Positions 17,580 through 27,815 of a stretch of 43,788 bases of DNA are shown one piece after another. The stretch is from Paludibacteraceae bacterium (GTDB lineage Bacteria > Bacillota > Clostridia > Lachnospirales > Lachnospiraceae). The DNA is taken from NCBI GenBank assembly GCA_963646925.1, contig CAVIYT010000149.1, positions 1-43,788 of the forward strand, given 5' to 3'. Made by a program: the position numbers and the translations under genes. The notes below the pieces were generated by a model. It saw only the letters and a program-made list of their open reading frames with translations. It did no database searches and was not told the DNA's origin. The stretch's first letter is position 1. Every line of letters begins with the position of its first letter.

Positions 17580-18868
17580 TCCGGATCTATGATTTTGATA
17601 AGATCAGCGCGGATGCGATACTGAACCGGGATATCCGTGCTGAGAAAAATGTGGAGGATGTAGTTGATTCCATCATTGCGGATGTAAGGCGGCGCGGCGA
17701 CGAGGCGCTGATTGAGTATGCGGCGAAATTTGACGGCGCGGAGCTTGAAAACCTTCGTGTGAGCCGGCAGGAGATCGATGAGGCGTTTGCTGACGCCGAT
17801 CCGGAGTTTGTAAAAACACTGCACATGGCTGCGGCAAATATTGAAAAATTCCATTCAGCGCAGGTACATAAGAATTTCACGGTCAATGATCAGCCGGGCG
17901 TGATCCTTGGACAGAAATATACTCCCATCGAGAAGGCGGGCGTGTATGTGCCGGGCGGAACCGCGGCCTATCCGAGTACTGTGCTGATGGATGTCATTCC
18001 GGCGAAAGTCGCGGGAGTCGGGGAGATCGTGATGACGACTCCAGCAGGAAAAGATGGAAGGGTAAATCCGGTGATTCTGGTCGCTGCCGCAGTCGCGGGT
18101 GTGGATACGATCATCAAGGCGGGAGGCGCGCAGGCAGTGGCAGCACTGGCCTATGGAACGGAGAGCGTGCCTGCGGTAGATAAGATCGTGGGTCCGGGAA
18201 ATATTTATGTGGCGACCGCGAAGAGAAAGGTATTCGGCAAGGTCGGTATCGATATGATCGCCGGACCGAGTGAGATCCTGGTCCTGGCGGACGGAACCTG
18301 CAATCCGGCCTGGGTCGCTGCCGATCTTTTAAGTCAGGCAGAACACGACAAGCTCGCAAGTCCGGTTCTGGTGACAGACAGCGCGGAGCTTGCGAAGATG
18401 GTTCAGAAGGAACTGGAAATTCAGATCCCGCTTCTGCCGCGCAGGGAGATCGCCAGGGAGAGCGTGGACACAAACGGAAAGATCATTGTCTGCGGTGACC
18501 TCAGAAAAGCCGTGAAGGCGGTCAATATGATCGCCCCGGAGCATCTTGAAGTATGTGTGGATGAACCTTTCGGACTCCTGTCTGAGATCCGGAACGCGGG
18601 AAGCATTTTCCTCGGGAAAAATGTGCCGGAGGCGCTTGGAGATTACTTCGCGGGATCGAACCACACGCTTCCGACCAGCGGAACGGCACGGTTCAGCAGT
18701 CCGCTCAGTGTGGATGATTTTGTAAAAAAGAGCAGTTTTATCTATTACACAAGAGAGGCATTGAGAGAAGTGCAGGGACGGATCGCGGATTTTGCTGAGC
18801 GCGAAGGCCTGCATGCGCATGCAAAAAGTGTGACCATCCGCTATGAGGACGAAAACGGAGAAAAGTAA
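17576..18868 (+). CDS. hisD: Histidinol dehydrogenase
   Basis: YVPGG, GGAQAVAALAYGT, GPGNIYV, IDMIAGPSE, QAEHD, APEHLE, GDYFAGSNHTLPT. Confidence 0.97.
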   Translation: MIRIYDFDKISADAILNRDIRAEKNVEDVVDSIIADVRRRGDEALIEYAAKFDGAELENLRVSRQEIDEAFADADPEFVKTLHMAAANIEKFHSAQVHKNFTVNDQPGVILGQKYTPIEKAGVYVPGGTAAYPSTVLMDVIPAKVAGVGEIVMTTPAGKDGRVNPVILVAAAVAGVDTIIKAGGAQAVAALAYGTESVPAVDKIVGPGNIYVATAKRKVFGKVGIDMIAGPSEILVLADGTCNPAWVAADLLSQAEHDKLASPVLVTDSAELAKMVQKELEIQIPLLPRREIARESVDTNGKIIVCGDLRKAVKAVNMIAPEHLEVCVDEPFGLLSEIRNAGSIFLGKNVPEALGDYFAGSNHTLPTSGTARFSSPLSVDDFVKKSSFIYYTREALREVQGRIADFAEREGLHAHAKSVTIRYEDENGEK

Positions 18869-18888
18869 GAAGAAAGGGGAGTACGAGC

Positions 18889-19962
18889 ATGAGCAGATTT
18901 TTTACCGGAACATTAGGTACACTGGATCCCTATACTCCAGGCGAACAGCCGCAGGAGAGAACCTATATCAAGCTGAACACAAATGAGAGCCCGTTTCCTC
19001 CGAGTCCCAGGGTCATAGAAGCAGTTGACCGCAGGGAAGTGGAAAAACTGCGCCTTTACAGTGATCCGACTGCAGAAAAGCTCTGCAGCGCGATCGCGGA
19101 TCATTACGGACTGAAGACGGAAAATGTGATCTGCGGAAATGGAAGCGATGAGCTGTTAAGTTTTGCGATCCGCGCGTTCTGCGACGTGGATCATCCGCTG
19201 GCGTGTCCTGATATCACTTATGGATTCTATAAGGTATGGTGCCGTCTCTGGGGAGTTCCAAACCATGAGATCCCGTTGAAAGAAGACTTTTCCATTGATC
19301 TCGCGGAATATGGAAATCCGGGTGAGACCGTTATGATTGCAAATCCGAATGCGCCCACGGGAAAGTTCATAGACAGGAACGCCATCGAAGAACTTCTTAG
19401 GAGGACTCCGGATCAGGTAATCATCATAGATGAGGCATATGTGGATTTTGGCGGTGAAAGCTGCATTCCCCTGATAGAAAAATATCCGAATCTTCTTGTG
19501 GTCCAGACTTATTCCAAGAGCCGAAGCCTCGCGGGCGCGCGTCTCGGCTTCGCGCTTGGACAGAAAACGCTGATCGATGATCTGAACCGGATCAAATACA
19601 GCTTTAATCCTTATAACATCAACCGGCTGACCATGGCGGCAGGCATTGCGGCGATGGAGGACGAGGAGTACTTTAAGACATGTACGTCAGAGATCATAAA
19701 AAATCGTGAGTGGACGACAGAGCGTCTTCGGGAACTTGGATTTGAAGTGATCGACAGTCTGACAAACTTCCTATTTGCTCGTTTTCCGTCGGTTCCCGGC
19801 GGAGACCTGTATGCGCAGTTAAAGGAACGCGGGATCCTGGTGCGGCACTTTGAAGCACTGCGGACGGCAGACTGGCTGCGGATCACGATCGGAAGCGGCA
19901 CAGAGATGGAACGGTTCGTGAAAACAGTAAGAGCGATCTTATCCGGGAAAGAAGAGGAGTAG
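18889..19962 (+). CDS. hisC: Histidinol-phosphate aminotransferase
   Basis: KLNTNESP, GNGSDE, NPNAPTG, DEAYVDF, SKSRSLAGARLG. Confidence 0.95.
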   Translation: MSRFFTGTLGTLDPYTPGEQPQERTYIKLNTNESPFPPSPRVIEAVDRREVEKLRLYSDPTAEKLCSAIADHYGLKTENVICGNGSDELLSFAIRAFCDVDHPLACPDITYGFYKVWCRLWGVPNHEIPLKEDFSIDLAEYGNPGETVMIANPNAPTGKFIDRNAIEELLRRTPDQVIIIDEAYVDFGGESCIPLIEKYPNLLVVQTYSKSRSLAGARLGFALGQKTLIDDLNRIKYSFNPYNINRLTMAAGIAAMEDEEYFKTCTSEIIKNREWTTERLRELGFEVIDSLTNFLFARFPSVPGGDLYAQLKERGILVRHFEALRTADWLRITIGSGTEMERFVKTVRAILSGKEEE

Positions 19963-19966
19963 GAAT

Positions 19967-20560
19967 ATGCGCACAGCAAAGATAGAAAGAAATACCGCGG
20001 AAACAAAAATCAGGCTCTCTCTGGATCTTGACGGAAATGGAAATTATGAAAACAATACGGGATGCGGTTTCTTGGATCACATGCTGGATCTCTTCGCGAA
20101 ACACGGGAGATTTGACCTGACCGTCTCCTGCCAGGGGGATACGCAGGTCGACGATCACCATACCGTGGAGGATGTGGGAATCGTTCTGGGAAAAGCGTTT
20201 TCCGAGGCATTGGGGGATATGCGGGGCATCACGCGGTACGGGAGTTTTATCCTGCCCATGGATGAGGTCCTGATGGTATGCGCCGTAGATCTTTCCGGGC
20301 GGAGTTCACTGGGATACCAGATCGAGCTGCCGTCAGAGAAGGTCGGAACCTTTGACACCGAGCTTGCGAAAGAATTCTGGCTCGGATTTGTCCGAAACTG
20401 CCCGTGCAGCCTGCACTTTAAGCAGCTTGCGGGGGAAAATACGCATCATATTCTGGAAGCATGTTTTAAGGGCATGGGGCGCGCGCTGGCACAGGCGGCG
20501 GCGATCGATGAGGCCCATAAAACAGAGGTTCCCAGCACAAAAGGAGTGCTTATATCATGA
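19967..20560 (+). CDS. hisB: Imidazoleglycerol-phosphate dehydratase
   Basis: GFLDHML, DDHHTVED, PMDE, NTHHILEA, PSTKG. Confidence 0.97.
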   Translation: MRTAKIERNTAETKIRLSLDLDGNGNYENNTGCGFLDHMLDLFAKHGRFDLTVSCQGDTQVDDHHTVEDVGIVLGKAFSEALGDMRGITRYGSFILPMDEVLMVCAVDLSGRSSLGYQIELPSEKVGTFDTELAKEFWLGFVRNCPCSLHFKQLAGENTHHILEACFKGMGRALAQAAAIDEAHKTEVPSTKGVLIS

Positions 20561-21168
20561 TTGCAGTGATCGATTACGGTGTTGGAAATCTGTTCAGCCT
20601 GTCTTCAAGTCTCCGGTATCTTGGACAGGACGCGGAGATCACATGTGACAGAAACGTGATACAGAAGGCGGACCGGGTCATTCTTCCGGGAGTCGGGGCG
20701 TTCGGCGACGCGATAAAAAAATTGGAAAGCACAGGGCTCATTCCAGTTATAAAGGAAGAAGCGAAAAAAAAGCCGCTTCTCGGGATCTGTCTCGGAATGC
20801 AGCTGCTGTTTGAAAGAAGCTATGAATACGGCGAGTATGAAGGACTTGGGCTGATCCCGGGAGAGGTCGTCTCTCTCAGGGAAGATCTCCAGGATCCGGA
20901 GCTAAAGGTGCCGCACATGGGATGGAACGCGCTGGAACTTTTACAGCCGGAGGACCCGCTGTTCCGGTATATAAAGGAAGGCGAATGCGTGTATTATGTA
21001 CACAGCTTTTACGCGAAAAACTGTCTGCAAAATACGCTGGCCGTCAGTGAATACGGAATCCGCGTAACCGGTGCGGTGAAAAAAGGACTGGTGTACGGAA
21101 CGCAGTTTCACCCGGAAAAAAGCGGGGATACAGGACTTCGCCTTCTGAAGGCATTTGCGGAAATTTGA
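20557..21168 (+). CDS. hisH: Imidazole glycerol phosphate synthase, glutaminase subunit
   Basis: DYGVGNL, LPGVGAF, GICLGMQ, VPHMGWN, QFHPEKS. Confidence 0.97.
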   Translation: MIAVIDYGVGNLFSLSSSLRYLGQDAEITCDRNVIQKADRVILPGVGAFGDAIKKLESTGLIPVIKEEAKKKPLLGICLGMQLLFERSYEYGEYEGLGLIPGEVVSLREDLQDPELKVPHMGWNALELLQPEDPLFRYIKEGECVYYVHSFYAKNCLQNTLAVSEYGIRVTGAVKKGLVYGTQFHPEKSGDTGLRLLKAFAEI

Positions 21169-21181
21169 GGAGGAAACATCT

Positions 21182-21901
21182 ATGCAGATCTATCCTGCTA
21201 TTGATTTGCGGGGCGGACATGTGGTGCGCCTTTTTCAGGGAGATTACGATAAAATGACTGTTTACGGTCAGGATCCGGCGGCCCAGGCAAAGAAGTTTGC
21301 CGGGGCAGGGGCAAAATATCTTCATGTGGTGGATCTTGACGGGGCGAAGGATGGGACCCTGGCGAATTTTCAGTCGATCCGGGATATCGCAAAGGAAAGC
21401 GGACTATTTATTGAGGTCGGAGGCGGAATACGCACAGAGGAGCGGATCGAGACATACCTTTCGCTCGGTGTAGGGCGGTGTATTCTCGGCACCATCGCGG
21501 TGAAAGATTTTGATTTCACGGTCCGCATGGCGAAAAAGTACGGCAGCAGGATCGCTGTCGGTGTGGACACCAAAGATGGTTATGTCGCCATCAACGGCTG
21601 GAAAGAGCTGAGCCGCGAGAAGGGCGTTGATTTTTGCAGGCGGCTGTACGATGCGGGAGTGCAGGCGGTGATCTACACGGATATTGCCTGTGACGGCACC
21701 ATGCAGGGCACAAATCTTAAGGTATATGAAGATCTGAGGAAGATCGCGGGACTTAAGATCACGGCGAGCGGGGGCATCAGCAGCATCCATGAGTTGAAAA
21801 TGCTGGATCAGATGGGGATCGACGCGGCAATTCTCGGAAAGAGCCTGTATACGGGAGCCATCGATCTGACAGAGGCCGTGCGGACGGCACAGGAAAAATA
21901 A
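21182..21901 (+). CDS. hisA: ProFAR isomerase
   Basis: IYPAIDL, VRLFQGDY, LHVVDLDGA, GGGIR, ASGG; GAGGAGG before ATG 21182. Confidence 0.95.
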   Translation: MQIYPAIDLRGGHVVRLFQGDYDKMTVYGQDPAAQAKKFAGAGAKYLHVVDLDGAKDGTLANFQSIRDIAKESGLFIEVGGGIRTEERIETYLSLGVGRCILGTIAVKDFDFTVRMAKKYGSRIAVGVDTKDGYVAINGWKELSREKGVDFCRRLYDAGVQAVIYTDIACDGTMQGTNLKVYEDLRKIAGLKITASGGISSIHELKMLDQMGIDAAILGKSLYTGAIDLTEAVRTAQEK

Positions 21902-21912
21902 GAGGATAACAT

Positions 21913-22668
21913 ATGATCACAAAACGTATCATTCCCTGCCTGGATGTAAAAAACGGGCGGGTGGTCAAAGGCGTGAATTTTGAGGGTTTGAAGGATATGG
22001 CAGATCCTGTGGATATGGCGCGGATGTATAATGCTGCGGGAGCCGATGAACTGGTATTTTACGATATCACAGCCAGTTTTGAAGGACGCGCCCTGTTTAC
22101 GGATATTCTGACAAAGGTCGCAAGTGAAATTTTTATTCCGCTTACAGTCGGCGGCGGAATCAACACGTTAGAGGATTTTGACCGGGTATTAAAATGCGGA
22201 GCCGATAAAGTGAGTGTAAATTCCGGCGCGATCCGGAATCCGCGGTTAGTCGCGGAGGCGGCACAGAAATACGGGGACCAGTGCGTAGTGCTCTCCTGCG
22301 ATGTCCGGCGGGTGGATGGAGAATTCCGCGTGTTCGCAAAAGGCGGACGTGAGGACACCGGCTTAAACGCATTGGACTGGATCGAACAATGCGTAAAAAA
22401 CGGGGCAGGGGAGATCTGTTTAAACAGCATTGATACCGACGGTGTCAGGGGCGGTTTTGACCTTGAGATGCTGGACGCAGTGGCAGCCAGGGTGGATGTT
22501 CCGATCATCGCCAGCGGGGGTGCGGGAAAACCGGAAGACTTTAAGGAACTGTTTTCCCATAGGGGGATCGATGCCGGTCTGGCAGCGGGGATCTTCCACT
22601 CAAAGCTTGTGGAGATTCCAAAACTTAAGCAGTATCTGAGAGAACAGGGTGTTCAGGTAAGACTCTGA
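21913..22668 (+). CDS. hisF: Imidazole glycerol phosphate synthase, cyclase subunit
   Basis: RIIPCLDV, VVKG, GADELVFYDI, GADKVSVN, ASGGAG. Confidence 0.97.
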   Translation: MITKRIIPCLDVKNGRVVKGVNFEGLKDMADPVDMARMYNAAGADELVFYDITASFEGRALFTDILTKVASEIFIPLTVGGGINTLEDFDRVLKCGADKVSVNSGAIRNPRLVAEAAQKYGDQCVVLSCDVRRVDGEFRVFAKGGREDTGLNALDWIEQCVKNGAGEICLNSIDTDGVRGGFDLEMLDAVAARVDVPIIASGGAGKPEDFKELFSHRGIDAGLAAGIFHSKLVEIPKLKQYLREQGVQVRL

Positions 22669-22699
22669 AACGGAATAGAAAAGAAAGGTCAGATGAATT

Positions 22700-23335
22700 A
22701 TGGAACTGAAATTTGACGCGAATGGACTGATCCCTGCGATCGTGCAGGATCATTATACAAAACAGGTTTTGACACTGGCATATATGAATGCTGAGACACT
22801 GGCCCTCACGATCGCTGAGGGACGCACGGTGTTTTACAGCCGCAGCCGCCAGGAGATCTGGAGAAAAGGCGAGACGAGCGGGAATGTGCAGAGAGTTGTC
22901 TCTATCACGGCGGACTGCGATGCGGACGCGCTTGTGGTGGAGGTCGTGAAGGATGGTCCTGCCTGCCACACGGGAGCGGAGAGCTGCTTCTTTCATGAAG
23001 TGTATGTAAGTCCGGAATTAAAGCAGTTCAGCTGGGAAGGTCTGTATGAGCTGATCCGAGGCAGAAAGACGGACCCGAAAGAGGGAAGCTACACGACATA
23101 CCTGTTTGAAAAAGGGATGGAAAAGATCTTAAAAAAAGTCGGGGAGGAATCCACAGAGGTCATCATCGGCGCAATGAAAAACAGCAAGGAGGAGACTGTG
23201 TACGAGATCGCTGATGTGGCGTATCATGTCATGGTCCTGATGGTGGAAATGGGGATCAGCATCGAGGATATTACGAGGGAACTGGAAAAACGCCATGTGA
23301 TCGATCACAAGGTAAAGCAGGAGACGATGCAGTAA
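22700..23335 (+). CDS. hisIE: Bifunctional PR-AMP cyclohydrolase / PR-ATP pyrophosphatase
   Basis: KGETSG, DCDAD, ACHTG..SCF, then GSYT, KKVGEE, EIAD..YH. Confidence 0.97.
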   Translation: MELKFDANGLIPAIVQDHYTKQVLTLAYMNAETLALTIAEGRTVFYSRSRQEIWRKGETSGNVQRVVSITADCDADALVVEVVKDGPACHTGAESCFFHEVYVSPELKQFSWEGLYELIRGRKTDPKEGSYTTYLFEKGMEKILKKVGEESTEVIIGAMKNSKEETVYEIADVAYHVMVLMVEMGISIEDITRELEKRHVIDHKVKQETMQ

Positions 23336-24162
23336 TGGCAGATTATCGAAGAAGCAGCGTCCACTGTCACAGCAGTCTTTGCGACGGAAAAAATACACTG
23401 GAAGAAATGGCAGAGACGGCGTGGAAACTGGGATTGCAGACGATCGGGTTTTCCGGTCACAGCCATACGCCCTGTGACCTCTCTTATTGTATGAGTTCTG
23501 AAGGAACGGGGCGGTATCTGGCGTCCATTGCCGGTTTAAAACGTCGGTATCAGGGACGGCTCGACATTCTCTGCGGACTTGAGTGGGACCTGTTTTCTGA
23601 CACGGATCCGGGAAATTTTGACTATTTTATCGGAAGCGTCCACTATATCCGTGGGCCGGAGACCGGAAGATATTATGCGGTGGACTGGGAAAAAGAAGAG
23701 CTTATGGCATGTATGGAGCAGGAGTTTTCTGGTGACGGGCTCGCCATGGCGGAGTATTATTTTTCCCAGGTGGTGGAGTTATCGAAAAAACGTCCGGATA
23801 TTCTGGGGCATTTTGATCTGATAAAAAAGCTGAACAGCAATGGGGAGCTCTTTGATGAAAATGCCCCGAGATACCGGAAAGCGGCGCTGACAGCGCTTGA
23901 AAAAGCCTTTTTGAACTGTCATTTGTTGGAGATCAACACAGGTGCTGTCTCGCGTGGGTACCGGAATGACTTTTATCCGGCTGATTTTCTGCTTGAAAGA
24001 TGGCGGGAACTTGGGGGAGACGTTGTGATCACCGCGGATTCACACAGCGCGGACACGTTGACGGCTTATTATGATGAGGCGGCAGAAGCCGCGAAAAAGG
24101 CGGGATTTTCCCGCGTTATGGTTTTAACAAAAAACGAATTTGAAGAGTGTGAACTCGGGTAA
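23335..24162 (+). CDS. Histidinol-phosphatase, PHP/HisJ family
   Basis: HCHS..CDG, SGH, GLE, IGSVH, GHFD, EINTG, DSH; 1-nt overlap with hisIE stop; supplies the only his step otherwise missing from the operon. Confidence 0.85.
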   Translation: MADYRRSSVHCHSSLCDGKNTLEEMAETAWKLGLQTIGFSGHSHTPCDLSYCMSSEGTGRYLASIAGLKRRYQGRLDILCGLEWDLFSDTDPGNFDYFIGSVHYIRGPETGRYYAVDWEKEELMACMEQEFSGDGLAMAEYYFSQVVELSKKRPDILGHFDLIKKLNSNGELFDENAPRYRKAALTALEKAFLNCHLLEINTGAVSRGYRNDFYPADFLLERWRELGGDVVITADSHSADTLTAYYDEAAEAAKKAGFSRVMVLTKNEFEECELG

Positions 24163-24211
24163 AAGTCCGGCTCTGCGTCGAGTGATATCGAAGACGTCAG
24201 GGCCGGACTTT
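24162..24211. terminator. Long hairpin at the end of the his operon
   Basis: AAAGTCCGGCTCTG..CGTC...GACG..CAGGGCCGGACTTT inverted repeat right after the stop codon. Confidence 0.65.
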
Positions 24212-24221
24212 AAAAATTTAC

Positions 24222-24250
24222 TTGACAAAACATCAGATATCCATTACCAT
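24222..24250 (+). promoter_or_regulatory. sigmaA promoter of the fab cluster
   Basis: TTGACA-17 bp-TACCAT. Confidence 0.7.
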
Positions 24251-24263
24251 TAGAATCAAACAT

Positions 24264-24292
24264 TTTGAATATCAAACTATTTGAAACTAAAA
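24264..24292. promoter_or_regulatory. FabT-type (MarR) operator, tandem
   Basis: Palindrome TTTGA-ATA-TCAAA (24264-24276) and weaker copy TTTGA-AAC-TAAAA (24280-24292), just downstream of the promoter. Confidence 0.7.
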
Positions 24293-24348
24293 ACTATTGC
24301 GGAGGAAAAATTCTTCCGCATCAATGAAATGGCAGGATTTAGAAGATT

Positions 24349-25311
24349 ATGACAGCCAGAATTGCTGGAATCGGCGCGTATGTGCCGGAGAATTTGATTA
24401 CGAACGACGATCTGGCGAAGATCGTGGATACGAATGACGAGTGGATTCGGACACGGACCGGGATCCGGGAACGGCGGATCTCCTCCGGCGAGGGAACACG
24501 CCATCTGGCGGCGAAAGCGGCTGAGAGAGCGCTTAAGGCGGCGGGAGTTGTGGCGGAAGAGATCGATATCATCATTCTTGGAACCTCTTCCCCGGACCGA
24601 AATTACCCGAGCGATGCCTGCAGCGTACAGGCGGCCATCGGCGCGGTGAATGCGGTTGCTTTCGATATCTCGGCGGCATGCGCGGGATTTATTTTCGCCA
24701 TGAACATCGTGGAAGGATTTTTTAAAGCCGGGATCTATAAGACGGCGCTGATCATCGGAGCGGAAACACTCAGCAAGGTGACGGACTGGACCGACCGCGG
24801 AACCTGTGTCCTCTTCGGTGACGGAGCGGGAGCAGCCGTTTTAAAGGCGGAAGAAACAGGAATTATCGACATGATGATGGGGGCGGACGGAACGAAGGGC
24901 GATATCCTCGCCTGCACGTCAAGAACCGTCGGAAACTTCCTCACAGGAACAAAACCGGAACTTGGTTTTATGACCATGGACGGGCAGGAAGTCTTTAAGT
25001 TCGCGGTCCGCAAGGTACCGGAGAGTGTCACAGAGCTTCTTCGCCGGACCGGGACAAAGAAGGAAGACATTAAATACTATGTTCTCCACCAGGCAAACGA
25101 GCGGATCATCGAGGCGGCGGCCAGACGGCTGAAGGAACCGATGGAGAAATTCCCGATGACTATCGACCAGTTTGGAAATACATCCACGGCGTCGATCCCG
25201 TTGCTGTTAAATGACATGATCCAGAAGGACATGCTGAAGCGGGGAGACAAGATCATCATGTCAGGATTTGGAGCTGGAATGACATGGGGTGCGGTGCTTA
25301 TGGAATGGTAG
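24349..25311 (+). CDS. fabH: 3-oxoacyl-ACP synthase III
   Basis: WIRTRTGI, AACAGF, LFGDGAGA, HQAN, GNTS, GFGAG. Confidence 0.96.
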   Translation: MTARIAGIGAYVPENLITNDDLAKIVDTNDEWIRTRTGIRERRISSGEGTRHLAAKAAERALKAAGVVAEEIDIIILGTSSPDRNYPSDACSVQAAIGAVNAVAFDISAACAGFIFAMNIVEGFFKAGIYKTALIIGAETLSKVTDWTDRGTCVLFGDGAGAAVLKAEETGIIDMMMGADGTKGDILACTSRTVGNFLTGTKPELGFMTMDGQEVFKFAVRKVPESVTELLRRTGTKKEDIKYYVLHQANERIIEAAARRLKEPMEKFPMTIDQFGNTSTASIPLLLNDMIQKDMLKRGDKIIMSGFGAGMTWGAVLMEW

Positions 25312-25431
25312 AGAGCCGCTGCAGCTGAAAAGCAAAAAGTTATGATTTGCGCATGCTGCAAAAAAACAACTTAAAAAATCATAAAAATATATAAAACATA
25401 AAAAATAAGAACATTCAAAGGAGATCAAACC

Positions 25432-25665
25432 ATGTTAGAGAAGATGAAAGAAATTATTGCAGAGCAGTTAAGCACAGATGCAGACGGCATCACAGAGGCA
25501 ACTTCCTTCAAGGATGACCTTGGCGCAGACTCCCTCGACTTATTCGAGCTTGTTATGGCTCTTGAGGATGAGTATTCCGTAGAGATCCCGGCTGAGGACC
25601 TTCAGAACCTTGCTACTGTCGGCGATGTTATGAAGTACTTAAAAGACAAGGGTGTTGAGGAATAA
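25432..25665 (+). CDS. acpP: Acyl carrier protein
   Basis: 77 aa, acidic, DLGADSLD phosphopantetheine site. Confidence 0.97.
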   Translation: MLEKMKEIIAEQLSTDADGITEATSFKDDLGADSLDLFELVMALEDEYSVEIPAEDLQNLATVGDVMKYLKDKGVEE

Positions 25666-25686
25666 GCAAACCGAATAAACAAAAGC

Positions 25687-25711
25687 TAAAACGCGTCTCT
25701 GACGCGTTTTA
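25687..25711 (+). terminator. Terminator or stabilising hairpin after acpP
   Basis: Perfect stem TAAAACGCGTC-TCT-GACGCGTTTTA. Confidence 0.7.
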
Positions 25712-25858
25712 CTGATATAGAGATAAGAAAACGTTCAGCAGGACTGCACAGGCAGAATGCTGAAATATTGTAATAAAAATTCGGCGGAAAGCACAGTCCC
25801 TGTGCTGACCGCAAATTCCGGGCATAGCCCGACAGCTAGATTTCAGGAAGTGAGAGCA

Positions 25859-26797
25859 ATGGAAATGAAGACAAGAGTTACAGAGATGCTGGGAATCGAA
25901 TATCCGATCATTCAGGGCGGTATGGCATGGGTCGCTGAGCACAATCTTGCGGCGGCTGTTTCAGAGGCAGGCGGTCTTGGCCTCATCGGCGGAGCAAACG
26001 CGCCGGGCGAGGTAGTCCGCGAGGAGATCCGCAAGGCGAAGGCGCTTACAAAGAAACCGTTCGGCGTGAATGTCATGTTGATGAGTCCGTATGCGGATGA
26101 TGTGGCAAAGGTTGTTGTGGAAGAGGGCGTGAAAGTCGTTACGACTGGAGCCGGAAATCCTGCAAAGTATATGAAGATGTGGAAGGAAGCGGGAATCATC
26201 GTGATCCCGGTCGTTGCCTCTGTAGCTCTTGCGAAGCTCATGGAGCGCGGCGGCGCTGACGCTGTCGTTGCGGAGGGAACCGAGTCCGGCGGACATATCG
26301 GCGAGGCGACGACAATGACCCTCGTTCCGCAGGTCGTTGACGCGGTATCCATTCCGGTCATCGCGGCAGGCGGCATCGGCGACGGAAGAGGAATCGCGGC
26401 GGCATTCATGCTGGGCGCTGAGGCTGTCCAGATGGGAACAAGATTCGTTGTTTCAAAGGAGTCCACTGTCCATGAGAACTACAAGCAGAGAATTATCAAG
26501 GCGAAAGACATCGATTCTGCTGTAACAGGAAGAACCCACGGACATCCGGTCCGCTGTCTGAGAAACCAGATGACGAGAGAGTACAACCGTCTCGAGGCGG
26601 AAGGAAAATCCTTTGAGGAGTTAGAGTATCTGACACTTGGAACCTTAAGAAAGGCCGTTCAGGAAGGCGATACCACAAACGGAACCGTCATGGCAGGTCA
26701 GATCGCGGGTCTCGTAAAGAAAGAGCAGACCTGCAAGGAAATGATCGACGAGATGATGGAGCAGGCGAATAAGCTGCTTAGCGGATGCGGTAAATAA
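25859..26797 (+). CDS. fabK: Enoyl-ACP reductase II
   Basis: PIIQGGMAW, PFGVN, TTGAGNP, EGTESGGHIG, AAGGIGDGRG, MGTRF, MAGQ; start moved to ATG 25859. Confidence 0.93.
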   Translation: MEMKTRVTEMLGIEYPIIQGGMAWVAEHNLAAAVSEAGGLGLIGGANAPGEVVREEIRKAKALTKKPFGVNVMLMSPYADDVAKVVVEEGVKVVTTGAGNPAKYMKMWKEAGIIVIPVVASVALAKLMERGGADAVVAEGTESGGHIGEATTMTLVPQVVDAVSIPVIAAGGIGDGRGIAAAFMLGAEAVQMGTRFVVSKESTVHENYKQRIIKAKDIDSAVTGRTHGHPVRCLRNQMTREYNRLEAEGKSFEELEYLTLGTLRKAVQEGDTTNGTVMAGQIAGLVKKEQTCKEMIDEMMEQANKLLSGCGK

Positions 26798-26878
26798 AAG
26801 GCTTATGCAGGAAAGTCCGCAGCACCGGTTCCTGAGTGGATCGGTGCAGGGCTGAACTGCTGCAATATAAGGAGAATC

Positions 26879-27787
26879 ATGGGAAAGACAGCATTTATTT
26901 TTCCAGGTCAGGGCGCGCAGGTATGCGGCATGGGCCAGGATTTTTATGAGAATTCAGAGACTGCGAAGGCAGTGTTCGACCGCGCGACGGAGCTTTTAGG
27001 ATTTTCCGTGCCGGAGTTATGTTTTGAGAAGAATGACCGCCTTGACATTACGGAGTACACGCAGGCTGCGATGGTGACCGCAAGCGTTGCCATGATGAAG
27101 GTGATGGAAGAGCGCGGCGTCCATGCGGATGTGGCTGCGGGCTTAAGCCTTGGCGAGTATTGCGCGCTGGTTGCCGCAGGCGTTATGACTGCGGATGACG
27201 CGATCCGCACCGTCCGGGAGAGAGGAATCCTCATGCAGGAGGCGGTTCCGGCGGGCGTCGGCGGAATGAGCGCCGTTCTCGGCATGACAGCGGAGCAGAT
27301 CAACGCAGTCGTTGACGAGATCCCGAACGTGCAGGTCGCAAACTACAACTGCCCGGGCCAGATCGTAATTTCCGGTCTCAAGGAGGCGGTTGAGACCGTG
27401 GCAGTGAAGTTAAAAGAGGCGGGCGCGAGACGCGTGATCCCGCTGAACGTCAGCGGACCGTTCCACTCCTATCTTTTAGAGGAAGCGGGAGAGAAGCTTG
27501 GAAAGTTCCTGGAGAACATTCCGGTATCCGAGCCGGTGAGCCCGTATGTGGCCAATGTGACAGCCGCTTACGTGACAAAGGCGGAGGACGTAAAGCCGCT
27601 TTTAACACGCCAGGTATCTTCTTCTGTGAGATGGCAGCAGAGCGTGGAGACCATGTTGGCGGACGGTGTTGACCGGTTTATTGAGATCGGACCGGGAAAG
27701 ACACTGGCTGGATTTATCAGAAAGATCAACCGGGAAGCTACGGTTATCAATATTGAGAAATTTGAGGATCTTGAGAAGCTGAACTAA
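26879..27787 (+). CDS. fabD: Malonyl-CoA:ACP transacylase
   Basis: FPGQGAQ, GLSLGEY, NYNCPGQ, VSGPFHS, EIGPG. Confidence 0.96.
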   Translation: MGKTAFIFPGQGAQVCGMGQDFYENSETAKAVFDRATELLGFSVPELCFEKNDRLDITEYTQAAMVTASVAMMKVMEERGVHADVAAGLSLGEYCALVAAGVMTADDAIRTVRERGILMQEAVPAGVGGMSAVLGMTAEQINAVVDEIPNVQVANYNCPGQIVISGLKEAVETVAVKLKEAGARRVIPLNVSGPFHSYLLEEAGEKLGKFLENIPVSEPVSPYVANVTAAYVTKAEDVKPLLTRQVSSSVRWQQSVETMLADGVDRFIEIGPGKTLAGFIRKINREATVINIEKFEDLEKLN

Positions 27788-27815
27788 TTATATCGATAGA
27801 AACACGGAGGGAAAC

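Noticed and set aside
25757..25858. N-terminal extensions given by the ORF track for fabK (and similarly fabZ, hisA, phnX, RpiR, both binding proteins, the amidohydrolase, the FabX-like gene and the peptidase)
   Set aside because: Downstream ATGs match family N-termini and mostly have clear Shine-Dalgarno sequences; the extensions cross hairpins or operators
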